This document shows, piece after piece, positions 47,403-56,529 of a DNA stretch of 64,000 nt (its first letter is position 1; every line of letters starts with the position of its first letter). The notes beneath the pieces were generated by a model, which saw only the letters and a program-made list of their open reading frames with translations, did no database searches and was not told where the DNA came from. This DNA comes from Candidatus Parcubacteria bacterium (GTDB lineage: Bacteria > Patescibacteriota > Minisyncoccia > Phycocordibacterales > Phycocordibacteraceae). The position numbers and the translations under genes were made by a program. The stretch lies in assembly GCA_034666125.1 (NCBI GenBank), contig JAXDML010000002.1:4613-68612 (forward strand), read 5' to 3'.

Positions 47403-50400
47403 ATGCAAAAGTCATGGACCGGGCACGTACTTCGCGCCCTACAGGCAAGCCTTTTGGGGCTCAGCCTCGTGGCGATGAACCTCGCGCCAATTACTAGCGC
47501 GCTCGCTCAAACAACCGACTCGCCCCAGCCAATTGGTCCCGAGATTAGCGACACCTCTTCTCTTACCGTAGAGGACGAAACGGAAGATGCAGAAGATGTG
47601 ATCGAGATAACGGACCCCGTCGTAGACGAGGAGACCGATACCGACGTAGGCCCTGACATCGGTGACGAGTTGGGCGACAGCGATGAATTCGGTAGTGAGT
47701 TCAAAGCGCTCTTTGCGCCCCTTGTTTCGGGCCTTACAGTGGCGGCCCAGGACGTGACGGTCCACATCTATAAGTACGTCGCGAGCCCTTCGGGAGAGGC
47801 CCTCGCTACGGGAGGAGATTCCTTCCCGATGCAGTCGAGCTGGGATGCTGAGAGCCTGGGTGGTCCAGGCGCAGGAACCTACTCGCTTTCATCCCCGACC
47901 TACAACGCCGACACCGCCCCCATGACCTCGGGAGCCGACTACGCCACCAATGAGGTTACCGGAGGCGATATCCTGCCCATAGGCGCTACGTGCGAGGCTA
48001 ATAAGTATCGCCTTGTCGGCTATCGCGACGGAACGAGCCTCTCGGCAGCCCAGAGCGATTCCATCTCCACAGCGTCCCCGAATTACAGCGACCTGACGGA
48101 AGACATGTACGTCATCGTCGTGAACGAGGACTGCGATAACCTGCCCCCTCCGCCCCCTCCTGAAATTCCTGCGTGTAACCTCGGTGACGATACGACCTTC
48201 GATACGTTCACCCTTGGTAGCGTGCATGGCCAGCATGGCTGGAGCTCTACAGGCCCCTACGACCAGGAAGTCGTTGATAACACCTACGGGTACAGCACCT
48301 TCGGGTGTAAGTCATTGCGCCTTTCGAACGCCGTCACGAGCGATTCGTTCGGAGACCAGACGTTCTCGTATTCGATCGCGAACGAAGCCGGTGAAACTGA
48401 CGCTCTGAACGATGGGATGTCTGGAGGTACGCGCCAGAATCACTTCGATGCGCAGTTTGATCTCGGTACGGCCATGGCTACCGTACAGCCAGAAATGGCG
48501 CTCTCCGTCTCTCCGGACCGTGGTGACGGCGCCCGCATGAGCTACCTCCGCTTCGAAGACCAAGCCGACGGTATCCACGTGTTCTTCTATGACGTGCAGG
48601 GCACTGACGCATCGGCTAACTTTGTCGAAACAGAGCTTCCGGGGAGCCTCAGCCGTACTGACGCGCACACCATCAAGTTCTCGATCGATTTCGTCGATGG
48701 TCCTTCAAACGACGTTGTCGAGATCTATATCGATGGTACGCCCGTTCACACGGGTACTACCTGGGAGAATTATTACCGTTTCGATCCGGAGTCGCAGGGA
48801 ACCCCTCACGACCCAGCCCTTGAGAACAAGAGCCGGACCGTCGATTCGCTTCTCTTCCGCGCAGGCGGAGGGCCTGTTCCCGCTAATGACGAGAACGGAT
48901 TCCTGTTCGACAACGTCTCGATCACCTCAGACACCGAGGCACCACAGATGTGTTCGCTCGTAAGCGATGACGTGCACACCTTCATTGGCACCATCCCGGC
49001 AACGGCTACCTTCGAGCACAATGCCTGGAGCGATGAGCTTGATGGCGACGGAGCGCTATGGATCTGGAACGCACCGCTCGTAACCGATCCAACCCAGCCC
49101 GAGACGGTTACCTTCACCCGCACCTTTGACGTTACGGGTACGCCGGGAGCAGCGACGCTTGAAATCGCGTCCGATAATATCCACACGGTCAACGTGAACG
49201 GCACAGAAATCGCTTGTGGTGGAGCTACGCAGCCTAACTACGCCTCGGTAGGCGGAGACAATACCTGCTCGATCCCCGTGGTAAGCGGTGAGAATACGAT
49301 CACCTTCACGGTGACGAACGAGGCGACACCGACCGATTCCAATCCTCAAAACAATCCAGCTGGTCTCTACTACAAGATCACTGTGCCGCAGGCATCCTGC
49401 GCCGACGTGCCTCCGGTACCGACATCTGACGTCCTGCTCTGTAAGGTAAGCGATGACGGAGTACCGCTCGCAAATTGGCAGCTCTACCTCATCAAGAACT
49501 TCGACACCGAAGGCTTCGAGGTGCCTACGAACGATCCGTCTGGAGTCAATTCGGATACGCTTACGGATGGCGTGTCGTACCTCCTCAGCGGTATCGGTAG
49601 CTGGACCAACCAGAACGGCGCGAATCCGGCCGATGCTGAGTACTCGACCACTAACGATTGGGATACGCATATGGACGGCTACGACGGCTATGGCACCGGC
49701 ATCCTCGAACTCGAAGTAGATGAAACGGATAGGAGTTGGGGTCCTTACAACGATTCCCATTCCTACAGCCAGCTCTTCGAGGGAACCGGCAGTCCCGTCA
49801 ACTTCCGCATATTCGACGGCGATACCGGCTCGCACGAGCAGAACCTCGACTGGTTCGGCGACAACGAGGGCTTCCTTCAGGTCTACGTCGACGAAGAGGT
49901 CTATGGCGGAACGACCGGAAACGACGGATGCATCACAGTTACCGACGTACCGTTCGGCGATTACACCCTCTACGAGGTGCCGCAGAGCGGCTGGTATCCG
50001 AGTGACTTCAAGGACGGCGAAGAATCCGTCGGACAGGAAGTTACCGTAGACGAAGAGCAAGAGACGTTCACGTTCGTCAATACGCCCGTCGGTAGCCTCA
50101 CCATCGTGAAGCACACGACCGGCGGCGACGGCACCTTCACCTTCGGCGTCTCCGAAGTCGATGACTACGACGACGAAGAGGAACCGGTACTTGATGCCCT
50201 CACGACCTATTCCCTGAGAGGTGTAGCGGCCCTCGCAGATGCAGAGGAAGATGAAGACGACTACGGCCCGCTCTCATTCGATATCACTACTGAAGGCGGT
50301 ACCGGATCGACGGGTTCCATTCCGCTTGATGGAGGAACGTACGACGTGACGGAAGTTGTTCCTAATAACTGGGACCTTACGGACTCGTACTGCGAGTACG

Positions 50401-52943
50401 ACGGCGGTGGGGCCGGCATCAGTATCGACCAGGGCGAACAGATCTACCTTGGCGCAGGAGACGAAGTAACCTGTCACTTCTTCGACAACAAGACCGCGGA
50501 AATAGACCAGGTAAAGGTACACATCTTCAAATATCTCTGGGAAGAGAATGAAGAGACCGAGGAGGAAGGCGACGGCGAAGCCATACCGGTCGCTGACGGC
50601 TCTGGACTCCCGCAGTTCCCGATGACCTCGACCTGGCAGGCAGCGAATCTTAACAACGGCGACTCCACGAGTGGCAGCTACGTTCTTGGCAATAACCATG
50701 GCGGAAGCAGCAGCCAATACGGCGCGGATACGAGTCCTATGGACGCTCCTGCCGACTACACGACGACCGAAACCACCGATGGCAGCGTAGTCGTGGCAAG
50801 CAAGGACCAGTGCTCGCCTGGGAAGTACGTACTTCTCGGGTACAAGTCCGGCAATACGCTCGCACAGGCTGAGGATGCTTGGATCGAAGAAACTGCACCC
50901 GTATACGAGGATCTTACGAGCGACCGCTATATCATCGTCGTGAACGAACCATGCGACGGCGAACCGGAGGAACCGGGGTCCTGCGTCATTGAAAGCGATG
51001 CGACGACGCTTGAGAGCGACGAGCCTTCCTTCATCGCGCAGTTCATCCACAGCTCGTGGACGGCGATCATCGAAGGCGCTGAATGGATCTGGGGAGATGA
51101 GGCCATAGTTGACCCTGTGGGTACCGAGACCCAGGTCTTCACCAAAACCTTCTGGATCGACAGCCTTCCGGCAACGGATGGGGAACTCCAGATCGCTGCT
51201 GATAACACGTATTCAGTCACGCTCAACGGATCACCGATCGGTGCAAGCTCAGACGAGGACAACTACACCTCAGCAAGCCAGGACACGCTCAATGTCCCGA
51301 CAAGCGCGCTCCAGCTCGGACAGAACACCCTTGAGATCACCGTGACGAACCTGCCTATGGAAGGCGGCACTGAAGAAACGAATCCCGCAGGGCTCAAGTA
51401 CAAGCTCACGCTTGACGGAGCCGACTGCTCGAACCTTCTCAAGGTGCACATCCTCAAGTACCTCGACCTCGGAGAAACGGAGGTGCAGGTCGCTGACGGC
51501 TCAGGCGCGCCAGCCTTCCCGATGCGCTCGAATTGGGATGCTGAAAACATAGGGGCAGGCTCGGGCAGCTACGTTCTTGGTGACAACCATGGCGGTTCAC
51601 CCAGCACGTACGGCGCAGATACCTCAGCGATGAGCGCTCCTGCCGACTACACGACCTATGAGGTTACGACCGGAGACGCCGACGAAGCAACGGTTAACGA
51701 CGAGAATAGCCCGGTACTCTCGGTAGGGGCTGTGTGCGTTGCTGACAAATACCGCCTCGTCGGATATCGCAGCGGCACCACGCAAAGCGGGGCTGAAACC
51801 GCGCCCCTCTCAACGACCGCGCCCGTGTTCACTGACATCACGAACGATCGCTATGTGCTTGTGATCAACGAGGATTGTGACGATGTGCTTGACGAAGGGG
51901 GAGGTAACGGCGATGAGAGCGCTACGCTCACCATCGTGAAGGAGACGCAGGGCGGTGACGGCACCTTCACCTTCGACGTTGCCGAAACAAGCATCGAGAC
52001 CGTCCTCATTGCTGACGATAGCCCGGAGGCGACGATAGCCACTTCCGAAGGGGCGGGTACAAGTGCCCCCATTACGCTCGACCCAGGTACGTATGACGTT
52101 ACCGAGAACATTCCTGAGGGATGGGACCTCGTGAATGTTTCCTGCGTGTATGACAACCAGGCGACCGGCGATGTCATCGAGGATCCGCTCGTTGGCGAGA
52201 CCATAACCGTCGACGACGGCGACGAGGTAACCTGCACCTTCACGAACGCGGTGAGCGATGGAGGGGGAGAGAATCCCGGAACGCTCCATGTGGTGAAAGT
52301 GATAGAAGGCGGTAACGGGATACCGACCGACTTCAGCTTCCAAGTCAATGGAGGTGCGCCAATCCAGATTGAAGGAGACAGCCAGAATGACCTCTCTATT
52401 GCGGCCGGTGCCTATTCGGTTATCGAAGTGGAGTCGAGCGTATATGACGCCACGTATTCCGAAGGCTGTTCGGGAACGATGCCGGCAGATGGCGACATAA
52501 CCTGCACCATTACCAACACCGCAACCGCGAATGGTGGAGGCGGCGGAGGTGGCGGAGGTGGAGGCGGTAACTCAAACAACAATAACGGACAGGTCCTCGG
52601 CGCATCGACCGAAGGACAGGTCCTCGGCAGCGAGTGCACGCTCCTCACGGCATTCATGCGCGAGGGTATGGCGAACGATTCGGCACAAGTCACAATGCTC
52701 CAGGCCTTCCTGAACGGAGAAATGGGCTCCGGCCTTCCGACCAGCGGATTCTTCGGCCCGCTCACGACCCAGGCGGTCAACAGCTTCCAGCTCAAATACT
52801 GGGAGGAGGTGCTGAAGCCATGGGCCGACATCGGTCTCGGAGAAGACCACAAGCCGACCGGCTACGTCTTCAAGACCACGCTCTGGAAGATCAACGACAT
52901 CCAGTGTCCTGACTTGGATGCACCGTTCCCGACCCTTCCGTAA
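47403..52943 (+). CDS. Giant secreted modular surface protein (1,846 aa) with C-terminal peptidoglycan-binding domain
   Basis: Start placed at MQKSWTGHVLRALQASLLGLSLVAMNLAPITSALAQ (signal peptide), inside ORF 47328-52943. Contents: acidic N-terminal region; three diverged ~130-aa repeats (VHIYKYV/VHIFKYL/VHILKYL ... VIVVNEDCD/IIVVNEPCD/VLVINEDCD); two 'WIW' beta-sandwich-like modules; three 'TIVK..GGDGTFTF'-type (DUF11 / prealbumin-like) modules; a poly-Gly/Asn linker; a C-terminal PG_binding_1-like segment (TMLQAFLNGEMGSGLPTSGFFGPLTTQAVNSFQ). Confidence 0.7.
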   Translation: MQKSWTGHVLRALQASLLGLSLVAMNLAPITSALAQTTDSPQPIGPEISDTSSLTVEDETEDAEDVIEITDPVVDEETDTDVGPDIGDELGDSDEFGSEFKALFAPLVSGLTVAAQDVTVHIYKYVASPSGEALATGGDSFPMQSSWDAESLGGPGAGTYSLSSPTYNADTAPMTSGADYATNEVTGGDILPIGATCEANKYRLVGYRDGTSLSAAQSDSISTASPNYSDLTEDMYVIVVNEDCDNLPPPPPPEIPACNLGDDTTFDTFTLGSVHGQHGWSSTGPYDQEVVDNTYGYSTFGCKSLRLSNAVTSDSFGDQTFSYSIANEAGETDALNDGMSGGTRQNHFDAQFDLGTAMATVQPEMALSVSPDRGDGARMSYLRFEDQADGIHVFFYDVQGTDASANFVETELPGSLSRTDAHTIKFSIDFVDGPSNDVVEIYIDGTPVHTGTTWENYYRFDPESQGTPHDPALENKSRTVDSLLFRAGGGPVPANDENGFLFDNVSITSDTEAPQMCSLVSDDVHTFIGTIPATATFEHNAWSDELDGDGALWIWNAPLVTDPTQPETVTFTRTFDVTGTPGAATLEIASDNIHTVNVNGTEIACGGATQPNYASVGGDNTCSIPVVSGENTITFTVTNEATPTDSNPQNNPAGLYYKITVPQASCADVPPVPTSDVLLCKVSDDGVPLANWQLYLIKNFDTEGFEVPTNDPSGVNSDTLTDGVSYLLSGIGSWTNQNGANPADAEYSTTNDWDTHMDGYDGYGTGILELEVDETDRSWGPYNDSHSYSQLFEGTGSPVNFRIFDGDTGSHEQNLDWFGDNEGFLQVYVDEEVYGGTTGNDGCITVTDVPFGDYTLYEVPQSGWYPSDFKDGEESVGQEVTVDEEQETFTFVNTPVGSLTIVKHTTGGDGTFTFGVSEVDDYDDEEEPVLDALTTYSLRGVAALADAEEDEDDYGPLSFDITTEGGTGSTGSIPLDGGTYDVTEVVPNNWDLTDSYCEYDGGGAGISIDQGEQIYLGAGDEVTCHFFDNKTAEIDQVKVHIFKYLWEENEETEEEGDGEAIPVADGSGLPQFPMTSTWQAANLNNGDSTSGSYVLGNNHGGSSSQYGADTSPMDAPADYTTTETTDGSVVVASKDQCSPGKYVLLGYKSGNTLAQAEDAWIEETAPVYEDLTSDRYIIVVNEPCDGEPEEPGSCVIESDATTLESDEPSFIAQFIHSSWTAIIEGAEWIWGDEAIVDPVGTETQVFTKTFWIDSLPATDGELQIAADNTYSVTLNGSPIGASSDEDNYTSASQDTLNVPTSALQLGQNTLEITVTNLPMEGGTEETNPAGLKYKLTLDGADCSNLLKVHILKYLDLGETEVQVADGSGAPAFPMRSNWDAENIGAGSGSYVLGDNHGGSPSTYGADTSAMSAPADYTTYEVTTGDADEATVNDENSPVLSVGAVCVADKYRLVGYRSGTTQSGAETAPLSTTAPVFTDITNDRYVLVINEDCDDVLDEGGGNGDESATLTIVKETQGGDGTFTFDVAETSIETVLIADDSPEATIATSEGAGTSAPITLDPGTYDVTENIPEGWDLVNVSCVYDNQATGDVIEDPLVGETITVDDGDEVTCTFTNAVSDGGGENPGTLHVVKVIEGGNGIPTDFSFQVNGGAPIQIEGDSQNDLSIAAGAYSVIEVESSVYDATYSEGCSGTMPADGDITCTITNTATANGGGGGGGGGGGGNSNNNNGQVLGASTEGQVLGSECTLLTAFMREGMANDSAQVTMLQAFLNGEMGSGLPTSGFFGPLTTQAVNSFQLKYWEEVLKPWADIGLGEDHKPTGYVFKTTLWKINDIQCPDLDAPFPTLP

Positions 52944-52957
52944 GGAAGCAACAGATA

Positions 52958-52995
52958 AAGCAACAGGCCCGCGCACTGCGCGGGCCTGTTGCTTT
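52958..52995 (+). terminator. Intrinsic terminator after the giant gene
   Basis: AAAGCAACAGGCCCGCGC-ACT-GCGCGGGCCTGTTGCTTT. Confidence 0.6.
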
Positions 52996-53117
52996 AAGCA
53001 GCGTCGTAAAATGCGAACGTGTCAAAAACTCCTGAAAAGGACCGTCTGTTGGCGGCTGCGGACCGGTTCCTCTTCCCGACGCTCGTGATCGGGCAGACGG
53101 TCGAGTAATCTAACTAG

Positions 53118-53435
53118 TTATTTCGGCTTCCACCCAGACTTCGCGAGGTCCACGCTCGCGCCTTTGAATACGACACCCTCCTTCTCGAGCAGCTTCTTCT
53201 TGGTGGGGAGGCCGGTGCCGTAGGCATAACCGGTGAGCTTCCCGGTCGAGCCGATGACTCGGTGGCAGGGGACTTTCTTGGTGTCCTTGTTATGGCGCAT
53301 GCACATGCCGACCGCGCGGGCCGCTCCGGGGCTTCCGGCGAGCTTCGCCACCTGGCCATAGGTCGCCACCTTGCCCTTCGGGATCGCCGCGACGACTTCG
53401 TGTACCCGTTCGCTGAATTCGTTCGTTCTTTTCAT
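53118..53435 (-). CDS. MGMT-family protein (O6-alkylguanine-DNA alkyltransferase DNA-binding domain, PCHRV)
   Basis: 105 aa from MKRTNEF...; HTH, then PCHRVIGSTGKLTGYAYG with the active-site Cys in the PCHR motif. Confidence 0.7.
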   Translation of the reverse strand: MKRTNEFSERVHEVVAAIPKGKVATYGQVAKLAGSPGAARAVGMCMRHNKDTKKVPCHRVIGSTGKLTGYAYGTGLPTKKKLLEKEGVVFKGASVDLAKSGWKPK

Positions 53436-53469
53436 GCGTGCAGTATAGCAAACCTGATACAATGGATTC

Positions 53470-54018
53470 ATGACGAGTAAGAGACACCTTGTCCTTTACG
53501 GTATCGGAGCGGTCGTGCTCCTCGCCGTCGCCCTTGTCTTTTTGATTGTCCGAAAGGACGACCTGTCCGACATCCCCGAAGCCTCGGATATCGCCACTAC
53601 TTCGGCGCTTGTTGCCCCGCCGGCTCCCGCGCCAGCCGTTCCGGAGACGAAGCCGGCTCCCAAGCCCTTCCGATTCGAGGTCGTAACCACCCAGGCCGCA
53701 CAGGCGAAGGGGCTGGGAGGTCGGACCGAGATACCGAGCGATTACGGCATGCTTTTCGTGTTCAAAGAGAAGGCGACGCAGAACTTCTGGATGAAGGATA
53801 TGCTCGCGCCCATCGATATTCTCTGGGTCAGGGACGACGGCGTGGTCGCCGGAGTCGAGAGGGAGGTCGATCCCAAGACGTATCCCTCCAGCTTCATGTC
53901 TCCCGAGCCGGTGCGATATGTCCTTGAAACCAGGGCCGGAGAAGCAAGCCGCCTCGGCATCTCGACCGGAACAAGACTCAATTTGCCCTTGCCTTATGGT
54001 CGGACTGTTTCGGAGTGA
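53470..54018 (+). CDS. DUF192-domain protein with N-terminal TM anchor and Pro/Ala-rich linker
   Basis: GMLFVFKEKATQNFWMKDMLAPIDILWVRDDGVV resembles the DUF192 core. Confidence 0.55.
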   Translation: MTSKRHLVLYGIGAVVLLAVALVFLIVRKDDLSDIPEASDIATTSALVAPPAPAPAVPETKPAPKPFRFEVVTTQAAQAKGLGGRTEIPSDYGMLFVFKEKATQNFWMKDMLAPIDILWVRDDGVVAGVEREVDPKTYPSSFMSPEPVRYVLETRAGEASRLGISTGTRLNLPLPYGRTVSE

Positions 54019-54136
54019 CCCCTATCCCCAAGACGAGCTTGGCGCGGTTCGCGCTAAAATAGACCTACGTCGAATCTCCTCCTGCCCCGCCCTCGACGCC
54101 GCTTATCACTCGCTATTTAATTACCCGGTATTTCCC

Positions 54137-56476
54137 ATGCCTAAAACCGCCAAGTCTCCCGTACGTGCTTCGAAGACTGCCATGAAAAAACCATCTCCTG
54201 TCGCCACCGAAAGCAAGGAGACGAAACGGTACCGCGAACTCATTCCGCAGATAGAGAAGCGCGACGGCCGCATCGCCTCGTTCAACTTCGAGAAGATCGT
54301 GGAGGTGATCCACAAGGCGATGAATGCCGCGGACGAGGGCTCGCACGACGATGCGGTCCTGGTCGCGCATCAGGTGGCGGGAGAGCTCGCGCGCATCGCG
54401 AAGAAGCATAAGAATTTCCTCCCTACTGTCGAGAGCATCCAGGACGACGTCGAGAAGGCGCTCATGTTCAACGACTTCACGGCGACCGCGAAGGCGTACA
54501 TCCTCTACCGCGACAAGCGCGCGCAGATGCGTACGGAGGAGGCGGCTATCCCGGCAGCAGTGCGTGCGAAGATCAAGGACAGCAGCAAGTATTTCGACAC
54601 GGCGTATCAGGAGTTCATCTTCTACCAGTTCTATTCGCGATGGAGCGACGAGCTCGGACGCCGCGAGACCTGGGAAGAGGCGATCGACCGCTTCATCAGT
54701 TTCATGAAAGAGCGGCTCGGCAACAAGCTTACCGAGAAGGAATACGCGGAGGTACGCCAAGCGATCCTCGAGCGTCAGGTCTGTCCGTCGATGCGCCTAC
54801 TCTGGGGTTCGGGCAAGGCGACGCGCGCTACCGACGTGACCGCGTACAACTGCGCGTACATCGCGCCCACGAACTGGCGCGACCTTTCCGAGATCATGTA
54901 CGTCTCGATGTGCGGCGCGGGCGTCGGCTTCGCGGTCGAGCCGCAGAACGCGGAACAGTTCCCGCAGATACAGAAGCAGAGCGGCAAGAAAGCCGAGACC
55001 GTCGTCGTGGAGGACAGCAAGGTCGGCTGGTGCACCGCATACGTGAAGGCCTGCGAAGCGTGGGCAGCCGGTCTTGATGTCGATATCGACTACTCGAAGA
55101 TCCGCCCCGCAGGCGCGCGTCTTGAGACCATGGGCGGCCGCGCATCCGGCCCGGCCCCGCTTCAGGAGCTCATGCAATTCACGCGCCGCAAGATGCTCGC
55201 GCGCCAGGGCCGTCGCCTCACCCCGCTCAACCTCCACGACATCATCTGCCAGATCGGTCTTATCGTGGTCGCCGGGGGAGTCCGTCGTTCCGCGCTCATT
55301 TCGCTCTCGTCGCTCGACGACCTTGAGATGCGGGACGCTAAGAAGGGAGCCTTCTGGCAGGCGGAAGGCCAGCGCTCGATGGCAAACAACTCGGCCGTAT
55401 ACGAAGCCAAGCCATCCGCAGCCGAATTCCTCGAAGAGTGGACGGCGCTCGTGACGAGCGGCTCGGGCGAGCGCGGCATCTTCAACCGAGGCGGGCTCGA
55501 GAAGCAGGTCCCGGCACGCCGATGGGCGAAGCTGAAGGGCCAGACCCAGGTCGGCGTGAATCCGTGCGGCGAGATCTATCTCCGCTCGAAGCAGTTCTGC
55601 AACCTGACGTCCATCGTCGTGCGCCCGGCCGATACCATGGCGTCTCTCAAGAAGAAGATGCGCATGGCGACCATCCTCGGCACGTACCAGGCGACGCTCA
55701 CGAACTTCGAGTACCTTTCCAAAGACTGGAAGAACAATTGCGAGGAAGAGCAGCTCCTCGGCGTCTCCATCACCGGCTACTACGACAACGCGATCATCCG
55801 CAATGACAAGAATCTCGACACGCTCCGCGAGGAAGCGCTCGTGGTGAACAAGGAGTACGCGAAACGCTTCAAGAGGAACCCGTCGAGCGCCATCACGTGC
55901 GTGAAGCCGCACGGCAACTCAGGACAGCTCCTCGGCGTGGGCTCCGGCATGCATCCCTGGTTCTCGCCGTACTTCATCCGCCGCGTGCGCATCAGCGTGA
56001 ACGACCCGCTCCTGAAGCTCGCTGAGGAGCAGGGAGTACCGATACATCCGGAAGTCGGCTATTCGACCTCGAACGCGACCACCATGGTGCTCGAGTTCCC
56101 GGTAAAGGCGCCCGAGGGAGCGGTGCACTCGAAGGAAGTATCGGCGCTTACCATGCTCCATGAGTGGAAGCGCCTCAAGGAGCACTTCACCGAGCACAAC
56201 CCGTCGGTCACTATCTACGTGAGCGACGACGAATGGGTACACGTCGCGAACTTCGTGTACGAGAACTGGGACATCGTAGGCGGCCTCTCGTTCCTGCCCC
56301 GCAACGACCACGTGTACCAGCTCGCTCCGTACCAGGAGATCACGAAGGAAGACTACGACAAGCGGCGGAACGCGCTCGGCGAGATCGACTTCTCGAAGCT
56401 CCCGCTCTACGAGAAGACCGACAACACTGCAGGCGCGAAGGAGTTGGCGTGCGTCGCCGGCATCTGCGAGATCTAA
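54137..56476 (+). CDS. Ribonucleotide reductase catalytic subunit with N-terminal ATP-cone (probably class II, adenosylcobalamin-dependent)
   Basis: ATP-cone (IEKRDGRIASFNFEKIVEVIHKA). Active-site NPCGEI...CNL motif (VNPCGEIYLRSKQFCNLTSIV). C-terminal redox Cys pair (CVAGICEI). No nrdB-like gene nearby. Start reassigned to MPKTAKSP at 54137. Confidence 0.75.
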   Translation: MPKTAKSPVRASKTAMKKPSPVATESKETKRYRELIPQIEKRDGRIASFNFEKIVEVIHKAMNAADEGSHDDAVLVAHQVAGELARIAKKHKNFLPTVESIQDDVEKALMFNDFTATAKAYILYRDKRAQMRTEEAAIPAAVRAKIKDSSKYFDTAYQEFIFYQFYSRWSDELGRRETWEEAIDRFISFMKERLGNKLTEKEYAEVRQAILERQVCPSMRLLWGSGKATRATDVTAYNCAYIAPTNWRDLSEIMYVSMCGAGVGFAVEPQNAEQFPQIQKQSGKKAETVVVEDSKVGWCTAYVKACEAWAAGLDVDIDYSKIRPAGARLETMGGRASGPAPLQELMQFTRRKMLARQGRRLTPLNLHDIICQIGLIVVAGGVRRSALISLSSLDDLEMRDAKKGAFWQAEGQRSMANNSAVYEAKPSAAEFLEEWTALVTSGSGERGIFNRGGLEKQVPARRWAKLKGQTQVGVNPCGEIYLRSKQFCNLTSIVVRPADTMASLKKKMRMATILGTYQATLTNFEYLSKDWKNNCEEEQLLGVSITGYYDNAIIRNDKNLDTLREEALVVNKEYAKRFKRNPSSAITCVKPHGNSGQLLGVGSGMHPWFSPYFIRRVRISVNDPLLKLAEEQGVPIHPEVGYSTSNATTMVLEFPVKAPEGAVHSKEVSALTMLHEWKRLKEHFTEHNPSVTIYVSDDEWVHVANFVYENWDIVGGLSFLPRNDHVYQLAPYQEITKEDYDKRRNALGEIDFSKLPLYEKTDNTAGAKELACVAGICEI

Positions 56477-56496
56477 CTGTATCGATAGGGAATAGC

Positions 56497-56524
56497 GAAA
56501 ACCCGCCGTTAGGCGGGTTTTCGC
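56497..56524. terminator. Bidirectional terminator shared by the RNR gene (+) and RNase P RNA (-)
   Basis: GAAAACCCGCC-GTTA-GGCGGGTTTTC; U-runs follow in both orientations. Confidence 0.65.
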
Positions 56525-56529
56525 ATCTC

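Noticed and set aside
49056-51050. Several 250-350-aa minus-strand ORFs inside the giant gene
   Set aside because: All lie antisense to the single continuous 5.5-kb frame, which has signal peptide, repeats and C-terminal PG-binding domain.
54019-54136. Looked for a cobalamin riboswitch or NrdR boxes upstream of the RNR gene
   Set aside because: No B12-box (GCCACUG-like) or paired NrdR boxes are recognisable in the 118-bp leader.
54797-55912. 371-aa minus-strand ORF
   Set aside because: Antisense to the RNR gene, which has ATP-cone and active-site motifs.
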